NCBI RefSeq assembly: GCF_018350175.1
Contig: NC_058368.1
Span: 238,516,001-238,580,000, forward strand
Direction of reading: 5' to 3'
Source of the DNA: Felis catus
Taxonomy: Eukaryota
Length of the DNA: 64,000 nt
How positions within the stretch are numbered: the first letter of the stretch is position 1; each line of letters opens with the position of its first letter. Shown one piece after another: positions 1 to 12,254 of this stretch. The notes below the pieces were generated by a model that was given only the letters and a program-made list of their open reading frames with translations, searched no databases and was not told the DNA's origin. Position numbers and translations under genes: made by a program.

Positions 1-800
1 TGAATGGATGGATGGATGGGTGAATGATTGGATGGATGGATGATGGATGGATGGAGGAGTACTTGGATGGATGAGCAGGTAGGTGAATGGATGGATGGAC
101 GGATGATGGGTGAATGGACGGACAATGGATGGATGGATGATGGATGGATGATGGATGGATGGGTGGATGGATGGTTGATGAATGGATGGATGGATGGATG
201 GTTAGTTGGGTGGGTGGGTGGATGGATGGATGGATGGATGGATGGATGAATGGTGGATGGGTGGATGGGTGGTGGATGGATGGATGGATGGGTGAATGGT
301 TGGATGGATGAATGATGACGGATGGAGGAGTACTTGGAGGGATGAGCAGGTAGGTGGATGGATGGGTGGATGGATGGTGGATGGATGGATGGATGGATGG
401 ATGGTGGATGGGTGGATGGATGGATGGATGGATGGAGGAGTACTTGGATGGATGAGCAGGTAGATGGATGGATGGATGGATGGTGGATGGATGGATGATG
501 GGTGAATGGATGGACAATGGATGAATGGATGGATGGTGGATGGATAGATGGATGGTAGATGGATAGTGGATGCATGGGTGGTTGGATGGGTGAATTATTG
601 GATGAATGGATGATGGATGGATGGAAGAGTACTTGGATGGATGAGCAGGTAGGTGGATAGATGGATGGATGGATGGATGGATGGTGGATGGATGGTGCAT
701 GGTTGGATGGGTGGATGGATGGGGAATGGTTGGATGGATAGGTGATGGATGGATGGAGGAGTACTTGGATGGATGAGCAGGTGGGTGGATGGATGGGAGC
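1..800. repeat. (TGGA)n-based compound satellite with a higher-order anchor motif
   Basis: Degenerate TGGA/TGAA array; GAGTACTTGGANGGATGAGCAGGT-like motif recurs at about 57, 328, 438, 627 and 759. Confidence 0.9.
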
Positions 801-3800
801 ATAGGTGCTGGACGGGAGTATGAATGAATGAAAGGTCCTCTATTACACCTAAAAGTCTGTCGTTCTGGTCCAATGTCAAATCCCTGCTGTGGGACTTGAC
901 ATGAATGCTATATTTAGCATTTATTCTTGGAGGACATGGCACTCTTTAATACAAGTGAAATTAACCTCCAAACCCTGAAGCCATGTTTTCTCCCCACACT
1001 AACCTCCTGCAGAAAGCAAGCTCCCTGGGAGGGAAGAGCCTGCCCCTGCCCCATATCCTGTCTACGCAGGTCTCAGTCCCTGTGTCCACGCTGCACTTTA
1101 CCATCGGATTTATGCTCTTCACCAAGTGACCTTTAGACACAAAGTCTGGCTGTTAAAGCCCAGAAAAGCCATGTGATTTTTCCTTTGAGAGAAGCATTTT
1201 AATAAAGTTTCTGTATCCGTGAAAGAGGTGATTTATGGAGTAAATGGATTCTCCGTGTTTGGCTTTTCTTATATTTATTCCACAATCCCACTTTAATCTC
1301 TGTAGATGCATCTGACCAGCCAAAGTTCATGGCTTTTACCTGCTTCCTGATTACTGACAGCAGAAAAAGAGGTTGCCTTTTTTGAGATACAGTTAATTAG
1401 TAAGTCCTGTGCGCCGCTGTCCCCATGGAAGACACTGCCCACTGCCCTCTTCTTCCCAAAGACCCCTGGGTCACAACCGTAGCACAAAGCCTGGGGCACC
1501 CACCCACCCCGCAGAGCAGGGTCCTAAAACCCAGCCCACCTGACTGCACAGAGAAGGCTCACCCCAGGGCTGGGAAAACAAAACAAAAGCCAGCGGCTCC
1601 CCCACCTGTGTCTGCAGGTGGGGGTGGGGGGTTGCCTGGACTCCCCCCCACCCAGCTTCCCGGTGCGGAGTTGGCTGGGCGGGGGAGCAGTCCCTTCATC
1701 CAAGTTCGAGAGCCATGGCCTTCTTTCAACTGCCATTTTTGGTGTCCTTACACAGAATGGAAATGGCAGAATATTTCAATTTAGTGAGTCTGGCTTCATT
1801 CTTCATTTTAACAAAACAGAAAACACGAGTCAGTGCACCTGAGAACAGGGCAAGTTCCACTGTGTGGAACATGTGCTTCAGGTGTGTGCACGTGAGAGAG
1901 AGAGCGAGAGAGGATCAGAGACAGAGAGAGATGGAGAGACACAGGGACAGAGCAGGGGAAGGGGTGGCGAGGCAGGAGGAAGGGGCAGGGAGAAGGAGAG
2001 AGGGAGACACGAATTTTCAGGTCAGGTTGAAGACTCGGGGCCCTGCACCCCCTCCGTAGGGCGGGCGACCACTTGATCACCCCAGGCCCCACTCCGCCCC
2101 TCGGCCCAAGCTGGCAGGTGGGGAAGGGGAAGGCCCAGGGCAGGCGAGTCTGAGAAGGGACTGGGTCCCGAGGGGTGGGGGTGGCCAAGAGGGGGATTTG
2201 AGGACAGCAGACTGCCCTCGTTGTCCGGGTACACGACAGAAAGGCAACGGAGCCCCGGTGGACTGGGGGGGGGTGCTGAGTTACCCCCGTTTCCCTGGGC
2301 AGAAGGCCTCCCGGCCTTTAGTGTAGGAATATGCACCGCTGTCTGCAGCAGGAATCAAGGGCCCTGGGGCCACAGGTCACAGACACCTGCACGCACTGGC
2401 CAGGGGTCGACAGGTGAGGGGAATGGGTGCAGAGCAGAGCAGAGGCTGCTGATGTTAGGGAACCGTTCAATCACATAGAAATGCAGCCTGGTGTCGGCCG
2501 GTACCTATGTCTCCGAGGAGGGAAGCCAGAACCTCAGACTCCTAAGCGAGTGTAGGACGCTGTGTCAGTCAGGATCCTTGGTAGGATCTGTCACCTCCAC
2601 CCAACTAGAGGCCCCTGGGAATGGCCGGTCGGTGCAGGGGACACAGGAGCTGGCCTAGGGGCAGGCCTCCCCACCACCCCTGCCCTGGCGCCCAGCCAGC
2701 GCCTCCCACAGCCACCGCCAGAGACAAGATCGCAGCGGAGGCTGGCTAGCCGTGGTGCACATCCTGGGCACCCCACAGGAAGTCACGCGGGGACGGCAAT
2801 GCCCCCGCGGCCATCCACCCCGCGCGGGCTGCGGCGTAGCCCAGAAAGGGCAGAGTCCCTTTCTTGTGACTTCACTTGGTCTGTTACAAAGCCGTGAGTC
2901 TGACACCCAGGGGAACTTGCTCAGAAACCCAGACTCTGAGTCTCCCCAGGCTCCAGTCTTCCAGCAATGTACGAGGGACCAAGACATCCCTCCTGTTCCT
3001 CCCGGCTTCCCCCTGCTCTCCCCGAGGGGCTTAGACTACCACGGGACCGTCATGACACTGGGAACTTCTGCCCTGAGCAGGCCCCTGCTCTCGAGGGGGT
3101 GGTGTTTTCCAGGAAGGCTGCCCCCCTGGGGACGGCTGCCTCAGGTGTCCCTCCAAGCACACAGAGTGAACAGAAGGCATGGGAAAAAATAGCACAAACG
3201 CTATTTGCTTAGAAGTCTGGCTTTTCCAAACAGAACGCAAAGGACTTCTGTTTCTATAACTGAACTTTAAAAACCCAGCCAGTATTGACTTATGCACTAA
3301 ATGTATTTGTCTAGAATCTAAATAATTTTACTTATTCCAGGAGCTAAATTCCTCTCTCTTCAAGTTATCAGTCGTGTGGATGAAGGGTCCGGCAGACGCT
3401 TCGTCGGGTTCAAACCAGAACGCCTCCGCCCTGGGGCCTCACTGCACGCTCCTTCCCCGTCTGGATCAAAGGCTAATATTTGGAGAGGCTTTTCGACAAA
3501 CGCATTCAAAGGCGGGTTACAATCCACCAGCTATTAAACATTCGGATATCCGTTAAGCCTTTTTCACACAAGAAACTTCAATCGAAGATTCTAAAAAGTT
3601 CTATTATACACAAAATGATCATTTTAAAAGCTGAGAAGGAAAAGGTGATAGTCACCTACAGATCCATTCGAGAAGGCAGCAAACTAACTCTTCCGGCCGC
3701 CGGGGGGGGGGGGGGGGGGGGGAAGGGGGGGGCGCTCTGGGGTCTGTGCGCCGAGGGGGACGCACCGCAGGGGAGGACAGGCCTCTTCCACTCCCTCTGC

Positions 3801-6149
3801 TCCCTCACCGTGCCCAGGCAGCTGTCAGAAGCCTTACGGGAGCTGAACCCTAGCAAGGGGCCCGACAGGTGGGGGCGTGGGTCCCGGCCCCAGGACGACG
3901 CTCTGAAGGCCACCGGCTCCCGAGAGGGTGTTTCCAGCACGTCGAAGGGGTGGGTTTTTGATCCAGTGAGTAGCTTTCTGACGGCTCCGCGCGACTTTCT
4001 AGCTGGAGATGCAAATAGATCGAAACTACCAGCCGAGCTGTCCTGCTGACCACGGCCAGGGGCTGCCGCTGCCCCATGGGTCCCGGCGACGCAGCCTCGG
4101 CAGGCCCGGGGTGTGTGCAAGAAGCTGGCCCCGGGGCTGCTGTGCCATAGGTGCGCTCGCTTGCTCCCGTCCCCTTCCCTGCGCCTCCCTCCCGGGGCAG
4201 ACGCAAGGCCACTGCCTGTCTGGTGAGGTGAGTCAGCCTCCCCCACACACGCCGGCCCGCCACCGCCGAGGCCAGCTTCTCTCCACACAGCCAGAGCCCC
4301 CGGGGGCCAGCACCCCACCTCCTGGGCACCTGCCCCCAACTCCGTGCCCCTCGGCCCTGCCTCCCACCTCCCACCCCAGCCCCTCCTCGCCCTAAGCAGT
4401 GGCGCTGAGGCCTGTGGGGACGTCCACAGGCGGAGGGATGCCCGACCCCCAACCCCCAGCAGGCCCAGGCCGGGCGGACATGGGTTGGGGGTCCCACTCC
4501 ACGCTAACAGGTATTTAGCCAGTATTTTGGCCGTACGCTGCAACACAGAGGGACCTGCGTCTGGACACTGTGCCCTACTTAGGAAATCTCTCTTCGCTGA
4601 GAGACGGGGGTTAGCAAGCCTGAAATTACTTTGTGCGTGTTCTCGAACCGAGCAAGCAGCAGATCATCAGAACCCGCTGCATCATTTGCAGGCAGAGCAC
4701 AAAATGAGCATCCAGGGGCCCTTTTCAAAGCTCATTAAAGGGTCTCAGGGTGGCGGCCGTGGAGCTCTGAACGAAGTCCCCGCAGAGCGCGAGGCCCTGG
4801 GGGTAGGAGGGTGTCGCCTCGGGAGACAGAAGCAGCAGAGAGAGAGAGAGAGAGAGAGGCTGCAGGGAACGGATGGGCTGGGTGCCTGGGGGGTGGTGCA
4901 GGGTAGCCCTCAGCTCTGTTCCCAGACAGCCCGGGGTCTAACATCCACCTGCCACAGGGTGGGTTGGGGGGGGGGGGGTTGGCTCCGGAGCTGAGACCAA
5001 GGAAGTGCCAGGAGGCTGGGCCACGTGAGAGCCGCAGGGCCAGGGCGCACCCCGACGGCAGGGCTGTGGGAAGGACCCAAGCCGGCCCGAAGGTTCCCAC
5101 AGGCCAGGTTTGCCAGTCTGTGCAAAGCTAACAATGCCGAGCCCCCCGTCCCAGCTCCGGCTGCCACAGGGAAGTGCCTTAGACTGGGGAGTCTGCAGAC
5201 ACATTTATTCCTCACGGTTCCGAGAGCAGGGCCTCCAGGCGCCACCCTCACTCACGTGGGCGGAGCGCACGCTCTGGGGTCTCTCCTGCGGGGGCGCCGA
5301 TCCCACCCTGGGGCCCACCCCGGGAACCCCGTCCCACCCAAGCGCCTCCGGAAGGCCCGCCTCCTGACCATCACAGCGAGAGTCAGGGCTGTGGCACATG
5401 AATCCGGGGGACACACCTGTTCAAGCCCCGGCACCACTGAACAAAACAAGTGCCCACAAGTCCACAACAGAGGGAAGGCGGGGCAAGCTCCTCCTTTGGC
5501 AGAGTGCTGGGGACAGTAGAACCCGAGGCCAACGCCAGGGCCAGCGATCATGCCGTACGCAGGACCCCCAGGGGCGTTAAGTCAGCAGGCAGGTCCTCAC
5601 AAGGTACCGAAGCGGGAAGTGGTAACTTTGCAGCAGAGAAGCCGCAGACGCCGGGTCACCGAGCGGTCAGGATGACACAGCGAGCGCCTGGCCACGACGC
5701 TCCCAAGTGGGGCCCGGCAGGGCTTCGGCAAGACCGCCAGGAAACAGCAGACGGGCCCAGGCTGGGACACGTACCCCACCATGGCCGATGCCCCCAAACG
5801 TGCGGAGGACGAGGCTCCGCCCCCGGGGGAGACCCAAGAGACACTGAACGCGGCTGTGCCCTGGGTCAGGTCCCGGCCCGGAAAAGGAGCGCAGGGCAGG
5901 CTGCAGAGACCGGTCTCCCGGCCGCTGCTGTCGGGGAGCCGCTGTGGGCCACGTCCGTCTCCCATCGCGTTTTGTAACGTATTTTGTAAGTAATGATTTC
6001 AGGGTGAAAAGCTGGGCAATAAAACCATTAAAACAAAGATCTTCTCTGGTCCTCTGAGTCCATCCCACTGAGGACACAGTGCCATGCTCCGCGTCACTGG
6101 GACAATTCACTTCTCTCGCTCAGTCTCCCCGCCTCCCACCACACCCGTT

Positions 6150-6510
6150 AGTGGTGGAGTGGGGCCCCCAAATCCACGTCTGCCAAGAACCTCAGAGCAG
6201 GGCCTCGTCTGGTAACATGGGACCGCCCTGGAGCCGGCTGTGCCCTGGCCGACCCCCCACCCCCACCCCGGCATCCTCGCAGGAGGAAGAGGGACACACA
6301 GACACCTGGTGGAGACGGGTAGAGAAGGGTCGACACAGCCACAAGCAGGGACACCTAGGATGCCAGCAGCCCCAGGAGCGGGAGGGAGGCCCCCAGGGTT
6401 TGCCCTCAGAGCCCCCGCAGCCAACGTGCCCACTCCCCACTCCGTGGCCGTGGACTCTGGCCTCCAGGACTCAAGGGACCAGATTCCTCTTATTCTAAGC
6501 CTTGCAATCT
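6150..6510 (+). mobile_element. MaLR LTR remnant (MLT1-like)
   Basis: Recognised motifs gaagagggacacacagacac, ccctcagagccccc, ggactctggcctccaggac and ttctaagcc. Confidence 0.6.
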
Positions 6511-9109
6511 GTAGATGCTCCGGGGACAGCTCACTTCGCCGACGTCCACACTAGCATCGGCCTGCTTCCCTCTCTCTGATTCTACGTGTGTGGACCTCCC
6601 GCAGAGGCCCGGCCCGCCAGCCCTGCCTCACCTCCCACGTGGCCGCTCCCCCAGACGTTTCGCTTCCCTGTAACTGGATGAACACTAGGTGCATTAACAC
6701 CTTCTGTTTTCACTTCGGTTCACTCTCAGGAGACAGCTGCCGGCTCCTTCCACAGCTGTCCTTCCCTCCAGCATCTGGATGTCGCCGGCGCTCTCCTGCA
6801 CTTGGACGTTCCGGCCGTCTCCGATCCTCACTGCTACAAACACTGCCACAGCGAGTGCCCTGTAGCGCAGGACAGATGCCAGCATGGCCAGCCTTGGGGC
6901 TGTGGGGACAGTTTGGTGGCCGCAGCCACGGCCCCCCCCCAGGGCAGCAGCATGCCCCGCGACCTGTTTCCTCATGAGATGCCTTGGAGGGCACCAGAAC
7001 ACTGCCCTCGGTGCCCTCAGCGGTGGGAACCTGCTTTTGCATGTGAGGTCTGCTCGCCCACGTCTGGGGCGCTGCAGGGGTGGGGCGGGGCGTTGTCATG
7101 AGCGGTGGACATGTTTGAAGCCCAGAACCCGTCTCCGCAGCCCAGGGTCGAATTCAGTCTGGTTACGGATGTTTACCTGCGTGGCGTGTCGCTTGAAAGG
7201 AAAACCCTCCAACAGCAGTAAGCAGATGGGCATAAACTGCCCGCCCCGAGGGCCCCCAAGGCCACTCTGAGCTGGGTCAGTCCCTGGAGGGGCCAGGCAG
7301 GGACATGCACGGGACCCCTGCCCAGCCGCCACCAAAGCACCCAGCGCTCACTGGCCCAGCTTGCCTGACACACGGCCCCTCCTACCTATCCTCACCCCGG
7401 GTCTCGGGCACCACGTCTGGGACAAGCCACGTCTGAGTTCCCGACTCTCTACCCCCATCACAGATGCGCTGTCACCTTCCTGGCTTCTGTGGTTTCTTCC
7501 TCTTGGTGTGACTGCTGCTGTAGGTGCGTGGCCACCCATGGTGCCACGTGAGCACAGCTGGGGGACCCTTCTCCTCCCTGACTGGCCCCCGAGTCTGCAG
7601 GCGCATGGGGGCGCTGCTGACCACCCTGGTGCTCCCTCTGCTCCGGTCCAGCCCAGCTCCTGCGGCTCCGGGGCCTGAGACACAGCCCACGTTGGGGCCT
7701 CCCGCCTGTGGGAAGCCCCAGGACTCCGCAGCCACAGGCACATCCACCCCTTCTAGATGGCTCGGTCTCTAGGGAGGCAGGACCCTGTGCCCTCCCGAGG
7801 CACCCCTAGCCCTGCTCTCCTGCCTGGGGAGGACTCGCACATCACCAGTTCCCCCTTCCTCCTTCCAGATCCTCGCGTATCCACCATCCAGCCCTTCACA
7901 CACTAGGGGGTGGCAGGCGGCACGAGCTCTGCTCAAGGGGCGTCGGTGGCCCGGCCCCCAGCCCCAGAGGCTTCTTGCTTCAGTTTCCTTGTGTGCAAAT
8001 CGCTCCAACGTGGGTAAGTTGTGGGCACTGAACAGAATCGATGCGTGTTGTTCTCAGGACAGCGCCTTCACATGGCGTCTCTTCCTTCCAGACCAGCGGA
8101 CAGGAATGTCGGGTGCCCTGGGGCCGAACCTCAAGTTAAGAGCACCACCTCCGAGGCCCTGCTCCACGCGTGCACCTGGCGTGGTTTCCGAGGGTCCACC
8201 GGTGCCCCCTCAGCCTGTGGCAGCGTGCCCGTGCTCCCGGGAGGCCCGGTGCCCTGGCGCCTGGGCTTACCGCGTGGGAGGTCCAGAGCGGTCATTACCA
8301 CTCGTGACCAAGGGGCAATTACACCAGCAATCAGAGCCCAGGCTGGGAGTCGGGGAAATGTCAGCACGGGAGACAAGGAAGCTTGATCGAGCATCAGGCA
8401 CAGCCTCCGGCTGACTTCTTCCTGCTACGGAAAGAGCTGTTTCCACGAGCCAGTCGGCTTTCAGACGTCGTTTGGCGGCCCGTGTGTTCCAGAGAATAGA
8501 ACCCATTATTTGTTCAAGACGGGTTTCCTGAGGTAACCGCGAACCCCAATATTGACGCTAAGTCGTATTAAAAGCGTTGTGGGAAGGCCAGCCTGGCTTT
8601 TTGTAAGATAATAATAGTGCTCGTGTGTTCTAAGGCTGAAACCTGTAATCTCGTTGATTTTCCACCGGGAAATGGGGCTGTTGATGAGGCCTAACCCTGG
8701 GGACCGTCAGCGCTGCCCCGGGGGCAGTGGAATCAAGGGACCCCTCCCCCACCCAGCTCCCGGCATCTGAACAGGCCAAACTTCCTCCTGAGATCTCCTA
8801 GCAAGACACTGGACCGCCCTTTCTCCTGAGACCCTCCTGGGTGACACTGGACCTCCCCTTTCCGACACCAGCCACCTCCAACAAGAGGCTGGGGAGCATC
8901 TCCGGGGACGAGTGTGCACTCAAGTGTCAGGGATGCAGAGGGACACACAGTCCTGGCTTGGCCTGCATCTCCCCCCTTCCCACGACCTCACGTGCCCCCG
9001 GCATTTCCTCCGACCCTCAAAACAACAGGGATTAATTACGGAGACACACTGGGGGGATCTGCAACAGAACTGAGGGCTGCTCTGGAAGGAATCGTTTTCT
9101 GCAAGTTCG

Positions 9110-9460
9110 TCTGTTGAAGCCCTGACTCCTAACCCCTTACAATGTGACTGTGTTTGGACGTCAGGTCTACAGAGGTGGTCAAGCCAAAGCAGGTCACTAG
9201 GGTGTCCCTGATCCAACATGACCCGTGTCCTCCTAGGAAGACGAGAGCCGGACACAGACACGCATGGGGACGGCCGGGTGAGGACACAGAGTCGGCACAT
9301 ACAGGCCAGGCAGAGAGGCCTCAGGAGGAACCCGCTCTGCCCCCACCCGCGTCCCAGCCTCCCAGCCTCCCAGCCTCCAGCACCGCGAGAAGTAGATGTC
9401 TGACGGCTAAGCCGCCCACCTGTGGGACCCAGTTACGGCAGCCACGAGAACTCACTCAGA
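9110..9460 (+). mobile_element. MaLR LTR remnant (MLT1A/B-like)
   Basis: aatgtgactgtgtttgga..gtccctgatccaacatgac..gtgaggacacag..gaggcctcaggaggaac..ccagcctccag..taagccgcccacctgtgg..gttacggcagcc. Confidence 0.75.
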
Positions 9461-10289
9461 GCCCAGGGCCTGGCCCTCCCCTCTCCTACCCCAGCCCACC
9501 CGACACCTCGCACACGGGCGTTCTAACCAGCGAAGATGACGGGGGTGGTCCACGTAACGTGGCCACTCCTCCGTGCCAGGCACTACTCCGGGGGCCTCTG
9601 AGCCTTACCCTTCCTGACCGCTCTGCCGTGGGCGCACTATGCTGACCACATGAAGGAGAGCGCCAGGGAGCCCACGCCTCACCTGAGAACGGGGGCCACC
9701 TTCCGGGCTCCCCGGCTGTGGCCGCCTTTCTGAGATAACGTGAAGAAACCCACTTGATCCCAGAGAAGATGCGCAGAGCTGGGCCCCTACCCCAAACTGC
9801 CTCTGGCAGCTGTTCTCTCTAAGATGTGCACCCAGGTGGCGCCTCAACTGCAGCTTCCAACTTCCCGGACCCAGCAGCCCACCGACAGGATCTTGTTTTT
9901 ACTGGACGAGCCCCGCAGAGTCGGTCTCCGATGCACCGAGACCCGGTGATCCGCGGCGGGGGCTGCTCCTTAGCTCAGAAACACCGCAAGCACAGCACGG
10001 GCCGGGGCCCGGAAGAGCCACAGCTCCTGCTCCCGAGGCCGCTTATTCTCCACGATCAGGGAAACAGAAAGGAAAACGACCCCCAGTCAAGGGACAGCAT
10101 CTCACCTGTCAGACCGGCAGAACTCCACAGGTCGGACACTGTCCTCTGCTGGCACAGCTCCAGAGAAACAGGTTTCCTCAGCCTTTCCCGGCAGGATACC
10201 GGCAGCCTGCCACCCGAGGGGAGGCGCCGGGCAGCCGCTGGAGAAGCGTCCCCACGTCCATCGTTTGAATCGACAGTTCCCGTCCAAGG

Positions 10290-11116
10290 ATCTACCTCAG
10301 AAACACACTGGCAAATTAAGACATGGAAAAACGTATGTTCGAGGTCACGCGTTATAGTCCAAGTTTTCACGGCTAAAGGCTAGAAACAACTCAGGCGTCT
10401 ATTAACAGGGAGGTAGTTGAATAAACTGTTACACCCCCCAAAACGGAGAAGCGTGCCTGCACAAAGATAGAAGAAAGAGATCTATTTGCCACATGGGGTT
10501 CTCTCCAGGACACGCAAAAGATTGTAAAACTCAATGGAACTTCCAGAAATGAAAAACAGAACAACTGAAATGGAAAATTCGCAGAATAAGCTTAGCAGTT
10601 TGGAAAATACAAAAAAGAGTCAGTGAACCTGGACACATAACATTAGAAAGGGTCCAGACCTAAGCATGGGAAGGGGGAAAAACTGAAAAACGAAACAGAC
10701 CTTCCTCACCATCGAACAGCGTCAAGCTGTCTGATATACACACAGCTGGACTCCAAAGAGGAGGCAGACCAAATATTTAAAGGCTTCTTGGCCGCACATT
10801 TGCAAACTTGATGAGACTCCCGAAGTAAAGGAGTTCGGTAAGCATCCAGCGGGACAGACAAGAGGGACCACGCTACAGCACGTCACCGACGAACTGCTAA
10901 AAAAGCAATGGCTTTAAAAAAATTCTAAAACCAGCCAGAGAAAAGGGACACACTCCAGGCAGAGAAACAGGACCAGAAAAAACTGTGAATTTCTCATCAG
11001 AAACAACACAGGCCAGAAGGTACTGCCACAGTGTGCTTCCACACGCTGAAGAAAACACGCGTGTCAACCCGGGACTCTACAATTACTGAAAATACCTTTC
11101 CAAAAAATGAAGGCAG
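10290..11116 (+). mobile_element. Old LINE-1 fragments (3' piece, then ORF1 region), interrupted by the ANT2 retrocopy
   Basis: A-rich; ttctcatcagaaacaacacaggccagaag..aaaatacctttccaaaaaatgaaggc matches the L1 ORF1 C-terminal region and resumes at 12255. Confidence 0.65.
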
Positions 11117-12239
11117 CCCAGGGGCCCGGAGTTCCAGCCGGTTCCTACCACATTCCCCCAGTCACCTGCCTCCTCTTCCCTTGGAACGTGACAGAAGCCA
11201 CGGTGTCCTTCGCGGGTGCAGCACCCGAGACCATCTCCGAGACCACGACAGTGCCCGCCGAGCGGGTCAAGCTGCCGCCGCAGGTGCGGGGTGCCAGCAA
11301 GCGCATCGCCACAGACGGCGATGCAAGGGCATCGCCTCACAGGCTGTGAGGTTCGTGTCCCCAAGGAGCAGGGGGTCCTGTCCTGGCGTGGTCACCGGCC
11401 AACGTCGTCAGATACTTCCCCACCCAGGCTCCCGACTTCGCCTTCAAAGATAAACACAAGGGTCTTCCCGGGTGGTGTGGACCACAGAGCCCAGTTCGGC
11501 GCTACTTTGCAGGGCATCTGGCATCAGGTGGTGCCGCTGGGGCCACATCCCCGTGTTTTGTGTATCCTCTGGATTTTGTTCGTACCCGTCTGGCAGCTGA
11601 TGCGGGCAAAGCTGGACCGGAGAGGGAACCCAGGGGCCTCGACGACTGCCGGGGTGAGATCTACAAATCCGATGGGATGGAGGGCCTGCGCTGTGGAGGC
11701 TGTTCTCATGTCCCGAGCTGCCTACGTCAGTGTCTGTGCCGCTGCAAAGGGGTCGCTCCCAGGTCCCGAGAATACACACACGTTCCTCAGCCGGATGACG
11801 GCACGACCCGTCACAGCGGCCGCGGGGCTGACTTCTATCTGTTTGACGCTGTTCATCGGACATCGGGTCCACAGGCTCGCTTCGTTGCCCGAGCAGGACA
11901 CCCCGCAAGGAAGGAGGCAAAGCTTTCTACAAGGCGGCTAGTCCAGCGTTCTCAGATGCATGGGGCGCTTCTGCGCTTGTCTCGTGTGACGAGTCGAGAA
12001 GCTCGTGCAAGTTACGCTAGTGTTTCCCCCTGTGAACAGGCATGTTGTATCACAGAACATCTCTTGAGGATTCTTGACAGACTGTTGGCCCTCTATTTAT
12101 CAACGATAACTACTGGTTGGAAATGGAAAGCAATGATGTTTGTCTGACCCTTTTATCTCTTAAGGCCATTTCCGTGATGGTGGGACTCCATTGTATTTTT
12201 TTATTTCAGTCACTCCTGAAAAATAAATGTGAGGAAATA
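11117..12239 (+). pseudogene. Processed pseudogene of ADP/ATP translocase 2 (SLC25A5/ANT2)
   Basis: Intronless, frameshifted remnants [63 protein letters not shown] and [11 protein letters not shown]. Start degraded to GTG (11188). ANT2-like 3'UTR with AATAAA and a short A tail. 15-bp TSD AAAAAATGAAGGCAG at 11102-11116 and 12240-12254. Confidence 0.9.
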
Positions 12240-12254
12240 AAAAAATGAAGGCAG

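Noticed and set aside
28..942. MDGW-rich and HPSI-rich ORFs
   Set aside because: Translations of the (TGGA)n repeat.
1..10300. 3' exons of SLC6A3, the expected upstream neighbour
   Set aside because: No match to the dopamine transporter C-terminus in the ORF track or by reading; the gene presumably lies outside the window.
11107..12147. Functional ANT retrogene
   Set aside because: Homology switches frame several times, with deletions, a lost ATG and loss of the RRRMMM signature.
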